This document shows positions 51,871 to 64,000 of a stretch of DNA of 64,000 bases, one piece after another (the stretch's first letter is position 1; each line of letters begins with the position of its first letter). Origin of the DNA: Gracilinanus agilis. Lineage: Eukaryota. Both the position numbers and the translations under genes were made by a program. The notes under the pieces were generated by a model. That model searched no databases. It saw only the letters and a program-made list of their open reading frames with translations, and had not been told where the DNA came from. Where the stretch lies: the NCBI RefSeq assembly GCF_016433145.1, contig NC_058132.1, forward strand, positions 186,132,804-186,196,803, read 5' to 3'.

Positions 51871-53420
51871 GTTGGTAATTATCCTTCATAGTTAAAGAGG
51901 ACCAAAATGACATCAAGATATTGAAGTCAACGAACATTTTTTCCAACTGCGGCTGATTAGACCAACATGAGTTTGGAAGGCTCTTCTGCAGGACGTGAAC
52001 AAATAGTCCATATAAATATTTGGAGAGGAAATGTCCTTAAATTTGTACACCTCATGCTTCTTTTGAACTACTGCAATTTTGCTTTACTCATAGACTTTGT
52101 GTTTTCTTTGATGAGGGCATGCCATACTGGATGGTACTATGTCAATATTGCCAATATTTCATAATTAATACAAAAGTTCTTTAGACAGACTTTGATAGTG
52201 TACTTATTATATTACCTCTTCTGGCCTCCATGTGAGTTCTTGCCTTGTTTGAGTTCTCCATAAAATATTCTTTTAGGCAAATGTGTGTTTGGCAATCGAA
52301 CAATGTAGCCAGCCCATCTCAATTATGCTCTCTGCAGTAAAGTTTGAATGCTTGGCAGTTCATTTCAAGAAAAGACTTCACTGTCCAATACATTATCTTA
52401 TCAGATGATTTTCAGAATCTTCCTAAGACAATTCAATTGGAAGCAATTCAATTTTCTGGCATGGTGCTGGTATACTGTCCGAATTCCACAGGCATATAAC
52501 AATGAGGTCAACAACAGCTCTGTAGACCTTCAGTTTAGTGGGCAACATGATACCTTTTCTCTTTCACACATTCCTTCAGAACCCCCCCCAACACTAAGCT
52601 AGTTCACACAATGAATGCATCAACTTTATCATTTATGTGTACATCTCTCAGAAATATACTAACAGAGTAAGGGAAATTATCCACAGTATTCAAAAGTCCT
52701 TCATTTACTTTAACTTACCGATCCATGTATTAATGGTATAGTGGAGTGGATGGCTAGTGGAGAACTCCTGTTTTCTGATTCTAAATTGCCAGGCCAAAAT
52801 TAGGACAACTACAAGAAAATGTTTAATATTCTGTTTCATCTCAGCCTCAGAAGCTGCATTGAGCACACAATCATCTGAAAACCAAAAAAATCATTTTTTA
52901 ACTCTCCCTCCACTCTAGTTCTGGCTTTTAACCTTTTCAAGTTAAATAATTTACTTTCAGTATGGTAGATGACTTTGATGCTCTTTTCTTCCATGTTGAA
53001 GCACAAACAGCATCATCAAAAACCCATTTAAGTATGCTGTCATGAAACTGGTATACAATAATGATGAACTTCTCCAACCAAATTTTTCTTGATCTTCCAA
53101 AAACTTTCATGAGTAACATTATCAAGGGCCTTGGCCAGAATAATGAATTTGATTACAGATCTCTTTTCTACTCCTGGCATTTTTTCCTGGAGTTATTAGA
53201 CACCAAACACTATGTCAACTGTTCCTTAGCCCTTTTTGAAACCACACTGGTTCTCAGGCAAATGTCTGTCTTCCAAGGGAAGAATTAGCCAATAAGGAAG
53301 ACTGGCAAGAATCTTGCTGATTATGCATAAGAGAGAGACTGCCCTGTTATTGTCACATAATAGCCTATATTCTTTGCTTTTATAAAGCTTGACAATGAAG
53401 GTATCCTTCATGCCTGTGGG
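51871..53420 (-). mobile_element. RTE-clade LINE, 5'-truncated, degraded RT and 3' UTR
   Basis: Minus ORF 53226..53411 KDTFIVKLYKSKEYRLLCDNNRAVSLLCIISKIL...LPENQCGFKKG; KLFNLKRLKARTRVEG..FSDDCVLNAASEAEM with the catalytic remnant at 52870-52881; GIMLPTKLKVYRAVV near 52500; RTE-type 3' end at 51871. Confidence 0.92.
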
Positions 53421-54169
53421 AAAACCTTTTCTTGCCTCAACCCAGCTCTATGGGTTGCCCATCCAACTTATTATAATAGTCTAAATGAGATTTTTCATCC
53501 ACTTAATTTTTTTTCTGCACAGATAAATAAAATATTTTGTATGATTATTGAATTCATTTGAAATGTTTCAAATGTTTCGAGATTTGATATAAACAGCACA
53601 ATAATATACAAAGATAAAAGTATAAAATCTCATCATCTTTAAGAAATAATGAAATTATTTCAAGACAACTCTAATTGTATTTGTTTATCCCCTTTTAATA
53701 TGATTTAATGTTCATCATGCCTAATATCTTCCAAATCTCTTCATATTCTCTTCTTAAAGCAGTCAGATTATATCTAAAATAGGTATACCATTACTTTTAA
53801 GATAAAAACCCTTTTTTATCCTCTGATAACTAGGTTCATATTTTTAGCCCCATTTATTTCAATTTCTTATCTTGCTTTACCTGCCCCTTGTATTATGCCT
53901 TTAGAATATCTCTGCTATTAAATATTCCATTTCATTTTATATCACAAGCCTTTATGTTCCTTATACTTCTTAGTACTATCTTAATTTTGTCTTTCTGCAT
54001 AAAATACCAAATCATCCAATAGGTTTACAGTGGTGGTTCTATTCCTTGCCAAGGCTAACTCCTCTGTCTGTTCCTTTTATATCATTCTCTTACATTGCTT
54101 CAAGGATATGACTAAATCAATTTTCCTTTTCTCCTTTCAATTTCTTATTTATGTATTCCCCTCTGCATT

Positions 54170-55020
54170 CAGGTGTTCCTTAACCTAAAAAAAGACAAAA
54201 TAAAACAAAATAAAATCCTTCCCCTAACCCTGTTATTCCCTCAAGCTTAAAACTTAGTTCTTTTCTTCATATTTAGGAAAGAACAGTCCACATTTTGTAC
54301 CCACTTATTCAACTCCCTGAAACCTGGTTTCTGTCCTGTTCTTTACTTGATGTATTCTCTCTAACTTCCCTAACATTTTTCTCAATTATCAGATTCAAAG
54401 ACATTTTCTCAGTCTACATTCTCCATCTTTATGAAGAATTTGACATTAGACTATCCTACTTTTCCTTTGTCTTCTATGATACTGCTTTTCCATGGTTCTC
54501 TTTCTTTTACTCTGCTAATTCCTTCTCCATCCCCTAAACAGATTCTTATTTATATATCTAAGTCTGATCATTTTCCAAAGCTGAACCTATACACTCATCT
54601 CATAATATGATCTCTTTCCATGGCTTCAGTTATCACTTCTGGGTTAAATTTCCAATTACACAGTGAATATTTTCACAAACTCATCCTATTCAAAACAAAA
54701 TTCACCACCTTTCTATGTCATTTTCTCTTCTTCAATGTCTTTATTTATTTTGATTGGCATAGCCACAATTTGAGTCATCCATACTGAAAAACTGTCATTT
54801 TTTAAATCTTCCCTTTTCTTTATACTACATATAAACAAGTGTTTAAGTAACAATGATTTTTTATTAAGATCCCTACTATTACTTCTCCATCTTGCTGCTA
54901 CCACACTCGTATTGATCTTCCTTCCTTTCAGTCTTTCTCCCTTTCCAAACCCTTATCCACACAGCTGCCAAATTGATATTTCTAATAAGAAAAGGAATGA
55001 TAATATCACCCTCTATGTGG
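54170..55020 (+). mobile_element. L2 RT/3' region, degraded
   Basis: tcaggtgttcct...ctcagtctacattctccatctttatgaagaatttgac...tttccatggttctctttc...ccacacagctgccaaattgatatttcta. Confidence 0.6.
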
Positions 55021-55074
55021 GAAAAATGTATACTTTCCTAGGACTTTCTAGATAAAATATTGAAACTAGGTAGT

Positions 55075-55265
55075 ACAGATTATAGAGGACCACACCTGTG
55101 GTCAGGAAGATTTAAGTTCAAATATGACCTCAGATACATAATACCTGTGGGACCTTGGGCAGATCTCTTTACCTCTGCCTCAGGTTCTTCATTTGTAAAA
55201 TGGAGATGATAATAGCACCTATATCCCAGAGTTGTTTTGAAGATCAAATGAATCAGTATTTGCAA
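55075..55265 (+). mobile_element. MIR SINE
   Basis: gtcaggaagatttaagttcaaatatgacctcagatac...tgtgggaccttgggcagatc...gtaaaatggagatgataatagcacctatatccc. Confidence 0.8.
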
Positions 55266-55365
55266 AGCAGTCAATCCCTCTGTGGAAACACATTTTGAAG
55301 TTTTCTTCCTTCCTTCTGATAACTTTGAAAAGGACTCTTTTCCCAGTATTTCAATTGTCACTCTT

Positions 55366-55960
55366 CCTTTTTTGTGATATATTTTTATTTTAATAACAAA
55401 TTTTCACATTAGTTTTCCAAAGATCTATGATCCAGGCTGTCTCTCTCCCTTCTTCCCTCCCCACTCCCCAAAATTTAAAAGTAATTCAATCTGGATTAGG
55501 ATGTATTATCACTCAAAACATATTTCCAAATTATTCATTTTTGTAATTGAATGATTTTATAAAAACAAAACCCCAAATCATATATCCAAATAAACAAGTG
55601 ATATATCATATTTTTTCACATGTATTTCTTTTCCAACAGTTATTTTTCTGAAGGTGGATAGCTTTCTTTTACATAAGTCCCTCAGAATTATCCTGGATCA
55701 TTTTTATTGCCGTTGGTAGCAAAGTCTATCACATTTGATCATTCCACAATATTTCAGTTACTACGTATTATATTCATCTGGTTCACTATTCACATCTGGT
55801 ATATAATGTTTCACTCTGTATCAGTTTGCATAGGTCTTTCCAGCACTTTCTGAAATAATTTTGTTCATAATTCCTAATTCCATAATAGTATTCCATCACC
55901 ATCATATGCCACAATTTGTTCAGCCATTCCCCAATTGAGGAACATGCCCTTAGTTTCCTC
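55366..55960 (-). mobile_element. L1 3' fragment
   Basis: Minus ORF 55786..55980 ACSSIGEWLNKLWHMMVMEYYYGIRNYEQNYFRKCWKDLCKLIQSE. Confidence 0.9.
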
Positions 55961-56450
55961 ACCCTTCCTTTAAAGTTCACTTCACATGCTAACTCTCAAA
56001 AAAGAAAGCCTTTTTGACTCTTCTACTCTTCCTTACTCATATCTTGGATATCACTTTGTTTACATCACTCTAATACCTTTATCATATAGTATGTTGTAGT
56101 ATTGCTGTCTATATTGTCATATTTCTCTATTCGATTTTAAACTCCTTGAAGGAAAGAATGGAGTAAATGATAAAATTCCCTGATATTATAAGAGACAAGA
56201 ACGCCTTAAACAGCCCATGATTCAAAAACATTCAAAAACATGTTAAAATTCTACAGAAAACTGGAGTGACATTTCACAAGAATAGTATTTGGGTTGGCTG
56301 AAGAAACTTGACTGTTTCTCATGGGTACTCTAGAAGAAAACAGAACCACGAAAAAATGAGAATTTCAGATTCCATGAAGCAGTGAAGGAGAAGAGTGTTC
56401 CATTTGAGTCCCCTGAGAAACAATCACTTTGTAAGGAACATAGCACTTCT

Positions 56451-56833
56451 GTTTTGTTCTTTTTTTATTTTTTATTTTTAGAAAAATTTTCCATAATTAC
56501 ATAATTCATGTTTTTACTTTACCCTTCACCTCCTCAACCCACCTCCCACCCTCCCAGCTAACTCACATTTCTACTGGTTTTAACGTGTGTAGTCAGTCAA
56601 GACTTATTTATGAATAATTGATAGTTACATTGGTGTGGTCTTTTGGGGTCTACATCCCCAATCATGTCCTCATCAACCCAAGTGTTCAAGCAGTTATTTT
56701 TCTTCTGTGTTTCCACTCCTGTAGTTCTTCCTCTGAATGTGGGTAGCGTTCTTTTCCCTAAATCCCTCAGAATTGTCCTGGGTCATTGCATTGTTGCTAG
56801 TACAGAAGTCCATTACATTCGATTTTTCCAGTG
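56451..56833 (-). mobile_element. L1 3' UTR fragment, opossum-type
   Basis: ttttagaaaaattttccataattacataattcatg...ccctcagaattgtcctgggtcattgcattg; same family as 24943-25545. Confidence 0.88.
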
Positions 56834-56834
56834 N

Positions 56835-56882
<48 letters not shown>

Positions 56883-56902
56883 ACACACACACACACACAC
56901 AC
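56835..56902. repeat. (CA)n microsatellite, one interruption, preceded by a single N
   Basis: Seen directly; explains the TH and CV repeat ORFs. Confidence 0.97.
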
Positions 56903-57449
56903 AGAGCAATCCCAAGGAAGTTTTTGCTGTGCCTCCTGAACCTATTAAAATGTAGTAACATATTCCTTCAGAGTCTCTGTGATTCCAATGAGAATGACTT
57001 TATTACCTAGCAAATAAATCTTTTCTCATATAATATAAAGGAAGAATTACTCCAGGAAAGAAGAAAGCCTTTTTTTTTCATTTTCCCATGAATAATATGG
57101 TTATTTTATCAGTGGCTTGCCTGTGATAATCCTTTTGCTTTCATAATGATGGCAATTTCAGACCAAATAGAAGGAAAATAGATTTATAGGAACATAAATC
57201 TAGAGATGGAAGAGACTTGAACAGTCTTTTAATCCAAACTCTGCAATTTACAGATGAGGAAACCATCATAAAAAAAAGGTTGATTTGTGAGATCTTCCAC
57301 TATTCCACTACTTCAGTGAATTCCCAGCCCTGTTATGCTTTATACACTATTTCCACGAACTGCCTCCCTGCCCCATTCCATCATTACATCCCACTCTGAA
57401 AGTACAATGAAATAATCTCTCTTGTTGGTCCTAGAAAGAACATACTACT

Positions 57450-57890
57450 CTATTGAGGCAATTTAGTAGTTTAAGGGAGCAAAGAAGACCTGAGTTTGAA
57501 TAATGCCTCAGATGCATCCTTACTTTTTTACCTTGGACAAGTTTCTTAACCTGTCTCAGCATCACTTTTCCATATCTATTAAATAGTTGCTTAAATAATA
57601 ATGTCTTCACAAGTTTGCTGTGAAGATCAAATTAGATATTATAAGGGACCTGATATGTTATATAAGTGCCTAATAAATGCTTGCTGACTAATGCTCATTC
57701 TGCTAATAAGAACAGCATGATGTAGTGGAAAGGGCTCAGAGTTTGAATTCAGATGACCTGCATCTAAATCCTGGTCTGTTCATATTTCCTATGTGATGTT
57801 GAGAAAGTCAGAAAAGCTCTCTTTGTCTCAGTTTCCTCATCTATAGAATGAAGAAATTGAACTAAATGATTTTTCATATCCCTTTCAACT
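57450..57890 (+). mobile_element. Two tandem MIR SINEs (about 57450-57690 and 57710-57890)
   Basis: gaggcaatttagtag...gaagacctgagtttg and agcatgatgtagtggaaagggctcagag...tctcagtttcctcatctatagaatga. Confidence 0.7.
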
Positions 57891-59299
57891 CTGTGTTCAA
57901 TGAAGTATCAAGAGTTTGATTTGAACCTATTTCTTCTTGACATCAAACACTATGCAATGTTACTTTTTGGATAGAGATGACATTTTAAAATAAAAGCAAC
58001 AAAAAAGTCTTTTTTTTGTTAGCAGACTCATGAAAAAAATTAACTTATATAGAAATATGTAGTGAAAGGAAAAGTATTATTTAAGAAAGAGTTAGACTTT
58101 TAGATGAAACTATTACTGTCTCACTACATAAAGACCTTTCTCTGCCATCGTGCTGTGTGTGGCCCAAGACCAGAGTGCATTTCTCTGTGGATTTCAGCAG
58201 ACATTCAGGCCTACAGCATGCCTGGAGCAAGTTAATGTATCAGCATAGTAAGATACCTTTTCAGACCACATTTCAATGTCTACTCCCAGAATCTTGTCTT
58301 CAAAAAGTTCTAACATCCTCTTCCCACTTAAATAGAGCTCTTTATTTCCATATTTCTGATTCAGACCTTTCTGAGATCCAAAGAATTCCAGATGATTTAG
58401 GATATCTTCCATATATGTTGTTCTAGGATGTTAAAAGAATTATATTGTTAGAAATAACATTAAAACTATTTCAGAAGCTAGAGCATTTTTCTTTAGTTGA
58501 ATAGCATCAGAATCAGGGCTAACTTTCAGAAGTGCCAGTATGTAAAAATTGCAGTACAATAATAAAGTCGATAATTATTCTCATTGCTGCTATAATTTAT
58601 AAAATAATTTAAATAAACAATTCCCTTTTTCATGTAAAATAGGATTTAATTTACAGTGTTATGTTTATGCATCAGAAGTACAATTATTTCAAAAAGCAAA
58701 ATATAGTTATATTTTCATCTCTATGTATAATATATAAATTCAGAACATTTATAATAAATTATACAATAAAAACTATAGTTGTAATGCCATAGCACCATTC
58801 TATTTATTTTAAACTTCCATACTGTATCTCTTTCAATCCATTCATTAAAGACATTTAAAGATAAGGAATTAGAGAATTATAGTTTTGGGAGTTAAAAGAA
58901 ACTTCATCTTTTACTGACTGTCCTTGAATGAAAATCCCCTCTATAATATATAGGAATTATGGATGATCTTGAAAACCAGACATACCTAGAGCTGATAAAG
59001 ATACCACCATAGAAAAACAAGAAAGGATTTGAAACAGGGAAAGACATATTTTATGCCTGGTTTAAGAAGCAAGACACTAAAATCCGTCTATTTTAAAAGG
59101 CAGATGTAGTAATGCAGGTATGATGTGAAGAGGAAAGACTTAAACTTAATGCAATGACAGTGGAATGAAAATTGAATGACAAATTTGAGGCAGGCTAAAG
59201 GAAAAAATTCTAATATTGGTAAGTTTTTAGAAGTAGAATATTTAGTACTGCTTCTATATCAATTCATCTTGAGTCAGTGCAGCCTGGGAAAATTCACAG

Positions 59300-60090
59300 G
59301 TTCATACATGTATCTGGAATCAACAAATCAGATAAGCATTTATTATGTTTATTGTGTGCCAGGCACTATGAAAAAGTAAATACTATCCCTGCCTTCAAGG
59401 AGATTGCCTTCTAATGGGACAGATAAATTATATACATCAGAAAATAAAAGATAAATACATAATAGATGGAAAGTAACCTGGAAGATAAATCAGTGTGAAG
59501 AAACAAAGTTGAAAGATGAAATGTTGTATGTGAGGAAAAACAAATAGGCCAGTGAAACTGGAATATTTAGTTCATGGAGAGGGGAAAGATGTTAGAAGAT
59601 TTGAAAGGCAGGAAGGGGCCGGATTGTGGTTGTATGCTGAACAAAGATCATTATATTTGGTCCTAACGATGATATAGAATTATATGATTTTAATAAGCAG
59701 GAGAAGGGCATAGTAAAATATATCCATTAGGAAAATCACTTTGACCACTGTATGGAAGAACAATTCAAGTTGGAGGAAAGACTAAAAGAAATGACACCAA
59801 TTAGAAGGCTATTACAATGGTACAGTCAAGGGGTTATGAGTACCTAAGCTAATATGGCAGTTTTGTGAGTGGAAAGACGGATATTTATGGAAGAGATATT
59901 GTAAAGAAAGAAATTACAAGAGTTGCATATGTGAGAGAACGGAGAAATTCAAGGTGAAAAAGAGTGTGAATCTAGATGCCTGTGGGAATGGTGTTAACTT
60001 CAACAGTATTAGGAAATTCAAAGAAGAGGAAGGTTTGGGAAGATGATATGTAATAATGAGATCTGTTCTGTATCTACTAAATTTGAGTTA
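59300..60090 (-). mobile_element. L2 3' region
   Basis: aagcatttattatg...tgtgccaggcactatg...ctatccctgccttcaaggagattgccttctaatggg followed by long antisense L2 text. Confidence 0.75.
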
Positions 60091-60463
60091 ACAAGATTTT
60101 CTAGAATGACATGTTTATTTTACATATAAGGAACTAAGGCTCAGAATGGTTAGATGACTTGCCCATAGTTACAGATGTAGTAAATACCAAAAACAGAATT
60201 GGATCTTAATCCTTATGACTCCAGAAGGAGCATTTTTTTTCATTATGACATGCTGCCTCAGTTTAATTTCTTATACTTATTTACTTATAAGCCATTTTTC
60301 TAGAATGAATAAAAAATGAAAATATTTTACTAAACTCATTTATTGTTATAACTGATGAATGTTAAATATAATAACTGATCTTTGAAGTTATATGGATTAG
60401 GGTTGCAATCTTATATTGTTAATAATAATTTACTTTATCACACAATAATCAAATGTGAAGGAC

Positions 60464-60798
60464 TGTAAGAAATAAAATGAATATAAAAAAATATTAGGGT
60501 TTTAGAGGATTTATTGGTAGCCATTAGAAAAATGAAGTCACATGCCATACTGAGTCATTTTGAAAAAAAACGCCATTACCTCCTCCTCCCATCCTGACTC
60601 TGCTCCAAATCACCAAAAGAGGAAGCCCCATCCAGTCACTCACTATTTATCCTTCTCTCTATGTTATTACGCTTCCACATGATTACGCAAGAGAGGAATC
60701 ATGGGAAATGTAGTTTCAAGGAGCCCTAAATGTCCTCAGGAAGTTTAGATCAGGGACCTCATAATTAGTTCAAGGACCCCCAAATTTCCAATATCACA
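60464..60798 (-). mobile_element. ERV solo LTR, 335 bp, with 4-bp TSD (ERV1-like)
   Basis: TG...CA ends; TSD ggac at 60460-60463 and 60799-60802; minus-strand AATAAA (tttatt) and TATA-like (tatttat) in the expected order. Confidence 0.85.
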
Positions 60799-60849
60799 GG
60801 ACTAAACTGTTATCAGCAAAGCTAGTTTCCAATATTCCAATATTCCAAG

Positions 60850-61150
60850 GGATTCTTGATGAAAGTGCTATCCACAGACAAAGAAGGAACTGTTAGAACT
60901 TAAGTGTGGATCAAAGCATGCCACCTTCAACTATATTTCCTTCATAAGATTCATATTGTATGTGTGATGTATCTTATATTATCACATGAGCAATATGGAA
61001 ACATGTATTACAGGATTATACAGATTTAACCTATATCAGACTATTCACTGCTCCAGGGATTTGATGGAGGTAGAAAATTTGAATTCTAAAATGTCAAAAA
61101 AACAATTGTCAATTATTTCTACATGTAATTGAAAATTAATTAATTAAAAT
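60850..61150 (+). mobile_element. L1 3' UTR fragment
   Basis: tgatgaaagtgctatccacagacaaagaaggaactg...gcaatatggaaacatgtatt...aacctatatcagact...acatgtaattgaaaa. Confidence 0.75.
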
Positions 61151-61179
61151 GAATAATCTACCTTGTCTATGTACAACTC

Positions 61180-62030
61180 TTTGCATAATATTAATAAACT
61201 CACCACTCATACCCTCCCCATCCCAATGATTCTGACCCCCTAATTGTCAGCATTCAAACCCAATCTACCACTACCTAATCCTTTATTCCCATTTCCTTCA
61301 ACTCAGCCACTCTGAAACTCTAAAGCTACTCATCACTTCTACTATACTCTCTAGAATGCTTGCTCCATAGGCAGTAAACTTGCTATCATTTTAAATATTT
61401 TTCTTTCCCATTGCTTCTATCTTTTGGCACTCCCTCCTAGTAACACAGCCTCCCTGGCTGCCCTTTCCAGCTATGACTGCACTGACTCATCTCCCTCACC
61501 ATGGGGAGGAGGTGAGAGAGTTGGAATATTCCTCCCCACCATTGTCACTTCCAGATTATCTATCTACCACTGTCAGTTACTAAACTCTCCACATTTGAAG
61601 TTCATTCATTATATACCATAGGACCAAAATTCAGACAGATGTTGGTTATTGCCCTTTAGGATATTCCCCTGCCTTCCTCAATGTATTCAATGCCTGGCTC
61701 AAAATATTTCTTCCCTCCTCAAACATTTCTCTCATATTAGGAGACTGTATCATACAGAAATAATTGAAGTTTCTTCAAGCACATTAACCTCAGTTTCTCA
61801 ATTGATTCATTTCACACATGACATATCCCTCCATCCCACTTCAGCCACACACAAAGATTAATTTGCCATCATTCACAAATGTAACATTTCCATGTGCATA
61901 AACTCACATATTGCCTTATCTGAACACAATCTGTTGATATTCCACCTCATCCTCTGGCTAACAACTCAAAATCCAATTTTTCCTCCATAATATCTTGATG
62001 ACACCTTGGTTCTTTCCCAGGACATCATCC
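61180..62030 (+). mobile_element. L2 ORF2 endonuclease-region fragment, degraded
   Basis: ctctagaatgcttgctccatag (WNARS-like), ggaggaggtgagagagttggaatattcc (GGGVGI-like), ctcatattaggagact (LILGD), cacttcagccacacacaaagat (TSATHKD). Confidence 0.75.
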
Positions 62031-62169
62031 TGCACTAGCTAGTGACATTTATTTCCTTAGGTAGCTCATTGATGGCTTCTAAATTTTTTTCTAAGATAAG
62101 GTTATTTCCATATTCCGTTTTTTTCTTTGGATAATCTGCTAATGTCCTATACAATATAAAATATCTGAA

Positions 62170-62345
62170 CTCTAGCCTCAGACACATACTAGTGGTGTGC
62201 CCTTAGGCAAATCACTTAACGCTGATTTCCTCAGTTTCCTCATTTGTAAAATGAACAGAAGGAAATAACAAATCGTTCTGGTATCTTTGCCAAGAAAATG
62301 CCAAATGGAGTCATGAAATGCCAAACTCAACTTAAAAGACTGGAC
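62170..62345 (+). mobile_element. MAR1-type SINE
   Basis: cctcagtttcctcatttgtaaaatgaacagaaggaaat...ctggtatctttgccaagaaaatgccaaatggagtcatg. Confidence 0.8.
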
Positions 62346-62599
62346 AAAAACAATTGTTATTAGTAGGAGCAGGAGACACAAAAAAAATATATTACATGAA
62401 ACTTAGATATGTGCAATTCATTTACTTATGGCTAATTAAGGCTTCCTGGAGGAGGTGATGATATATAAAGAAATGGAAAAACATTGGGTAGGGGAGGAAA
62501 GAGAGAGAAGACCCAGAAAGATCAAATTCTCACATGCCTTTCAACAAAGGCATGCTATAGTGTCCCTACAAAATGGTTATGTATGCCTCAGCTGAGACA

Positions 62600-63461
62600 G
62601 CTGCCATTTAGTGCTGTTTGAACTCTTCCTCCTGACTCTAGGCTCTATGGCACCACCTAGCTTCCTTCTAGCTGAAATTTGGCCCTGATCTATGCCCTCT
62701 TCTATCTCCTTGTGTGCTATATTGCTTATTAATTTAATCAGCTGTCATGGATTCAATCATCATCCCCAGACCGATGTTTGTCAGATATAATTCTCTAGAC
62801 CTAATCTTTCTTTTAATTTCAAGACTCGAATCTCCAACTCCTTATAAGACATTTCAAACTGGATGACCCATAGACATCTGAAATAAAATACATACAAAGT
62901 TATACTCATTATCTTTCCCCATCATTAACCTCTTCCTAACTTCCAAGTGACTATTAAGCATACCAGCATCCTCCTAGGACACCCAGCTTTCTCTTCTTTT
63001 GTGTCATCCTTAACTCTGTCATCTTTCTTACCCTCTGTTGCCAGATCCTGTTACTATTACCTTTCTAACATCTCTTGAATATGCTACTTTCTCTTCTTTG
63101 GTACTTCCACTTGACTATGTGGTCTTATCACCTCATAACTGGACTATTAGGCAGGCTATTACATTGTGCCACCTAGCTTCACTCCCTAATAACTATAGTC
63201 ATTATTTTTATAATTACTTTATCCTGAGTCCTGGTTTCCTTTCAAGTCCAACTAAACCTCACCTCTTATATAAAGCCTTTCTTGTTCCTCATAATACTAG
63301 TGCCTTCCCTCTTTTGATTATGACCAAATTATCCTGTATATATCTTTTTTCTACATGGTTTTTACTATGTTGTTTTCCCATTATACTGTGATTTTGTTGA
63401 GAGAAGGAACTGCCTTTTGCCTATGTTTGTCTACCCAGCACTTAGCAGTGCCTGGCATGTA
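62600..63461 (+). mobile_element. L2 3' region
   Basis: gacatttcaaactggatgacccatagacatctgaaa...ttgagagaaggaactgccttttgcctatgtttgtctacccagcacttagcagtgcctggc. Confidence 0.75.
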
Positions 63462-63713
63462 CTTTGTTATTTCTGAAAATAATTTCGGTCCTGTCCAACT
63501 CATCATGACCACATTTGAGGTTTTCTTGGCAAAGATACTTGAGTGATTGGCCACTTCCTTCTCCAGTTCATTTTACAGATAAGGAAACTGAGGCGAACAT
63601 GGGTAAGTGACATGCTCAGGGTCACACAGCCAATAAATGTCTGAGACCTCAGGAATATGAGTCTTCCTAGAGCCAAGTTGGGCACTTTTTTCATTGTGCC
63701 ACCTCACTGCTGA
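63462..63713 (-). mobile_element. MAR1-type SINE inserted in the L2 terminus, with 11-bp TSD
   Basis: ggttttcttggcaaagatacttgagtgattggccacttccttctccag; flanked by cctggcatgta (63451-63461) and cctggcacata (63714-63724). Confidence 0.8.
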
Positions 63714-64000
63714 CCTGGCACATAATAGACATTTAACAAATGCTTGACAGAAATATAGAGTGAGCACTCCTGTTCAATTATTAGTATGACTAGAGAGATA
63801 ACCTTTTGAAATCTGTTAAGATTTTGTGATTTCTCATGAACTTAGGAACACTTCCCTACCAAGAGAAAGCTTTGAAGTAGGACAGTAGTGAAGGTTAATG
63901 AGAAGCAAATTGCAAAAGTTTCTTTTACATAAATTTTAAAGAATGAGAGCTAGGAAAGTATCCTGATTCCTAGTATTCACAAATTAAATTTATTTTCTTA

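Noticed and set aside
1-64000. CRISPR arrays, rRNA, tRNA or prokaryotic operon-type systems
   Set aside because: None seen; the tRNA-like heads belong to SINEs and the sequence is mammalian.

Overview
AT-rich, CpG-depleted mammalian genomic DNA, most likely intronic or intergenic. The repeat content points to a marsupial, probably an American opossum (Didelphidae). It includes MIR/MIR3 and MAR1-type SINEs, one SINE1_Mdo-like copy, opossum-type L1 3' ends, a 1.5-kb RTE remnant, abundant L2 (including two rarely preserved endonuclease-region fragments), solo LTRs, and hAT and Tigger-type MITEs. I recognise no protein-coding exon and assign no gene symbol. Every ORF in the supplied track is explained by TE coding remnants, simple repeats or chance. 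The non-repeat islands contain several candidate splice units, short CpG-retaining patches and hairpins that may be conserved regulatory or RNA elements. Best candidates: a 21-nt microexon at 44607-44627, a strong acceptor with a short terminal exon at 17163, and a minus-strand stop-containing exon at 42177-42256. TE family names come from recalled consensus sequences, not a search, and TE boundaries are approximate unless TIRs or TSDs are quoted. I found no convincing novel multi-gene system; the findings are testable candidates.
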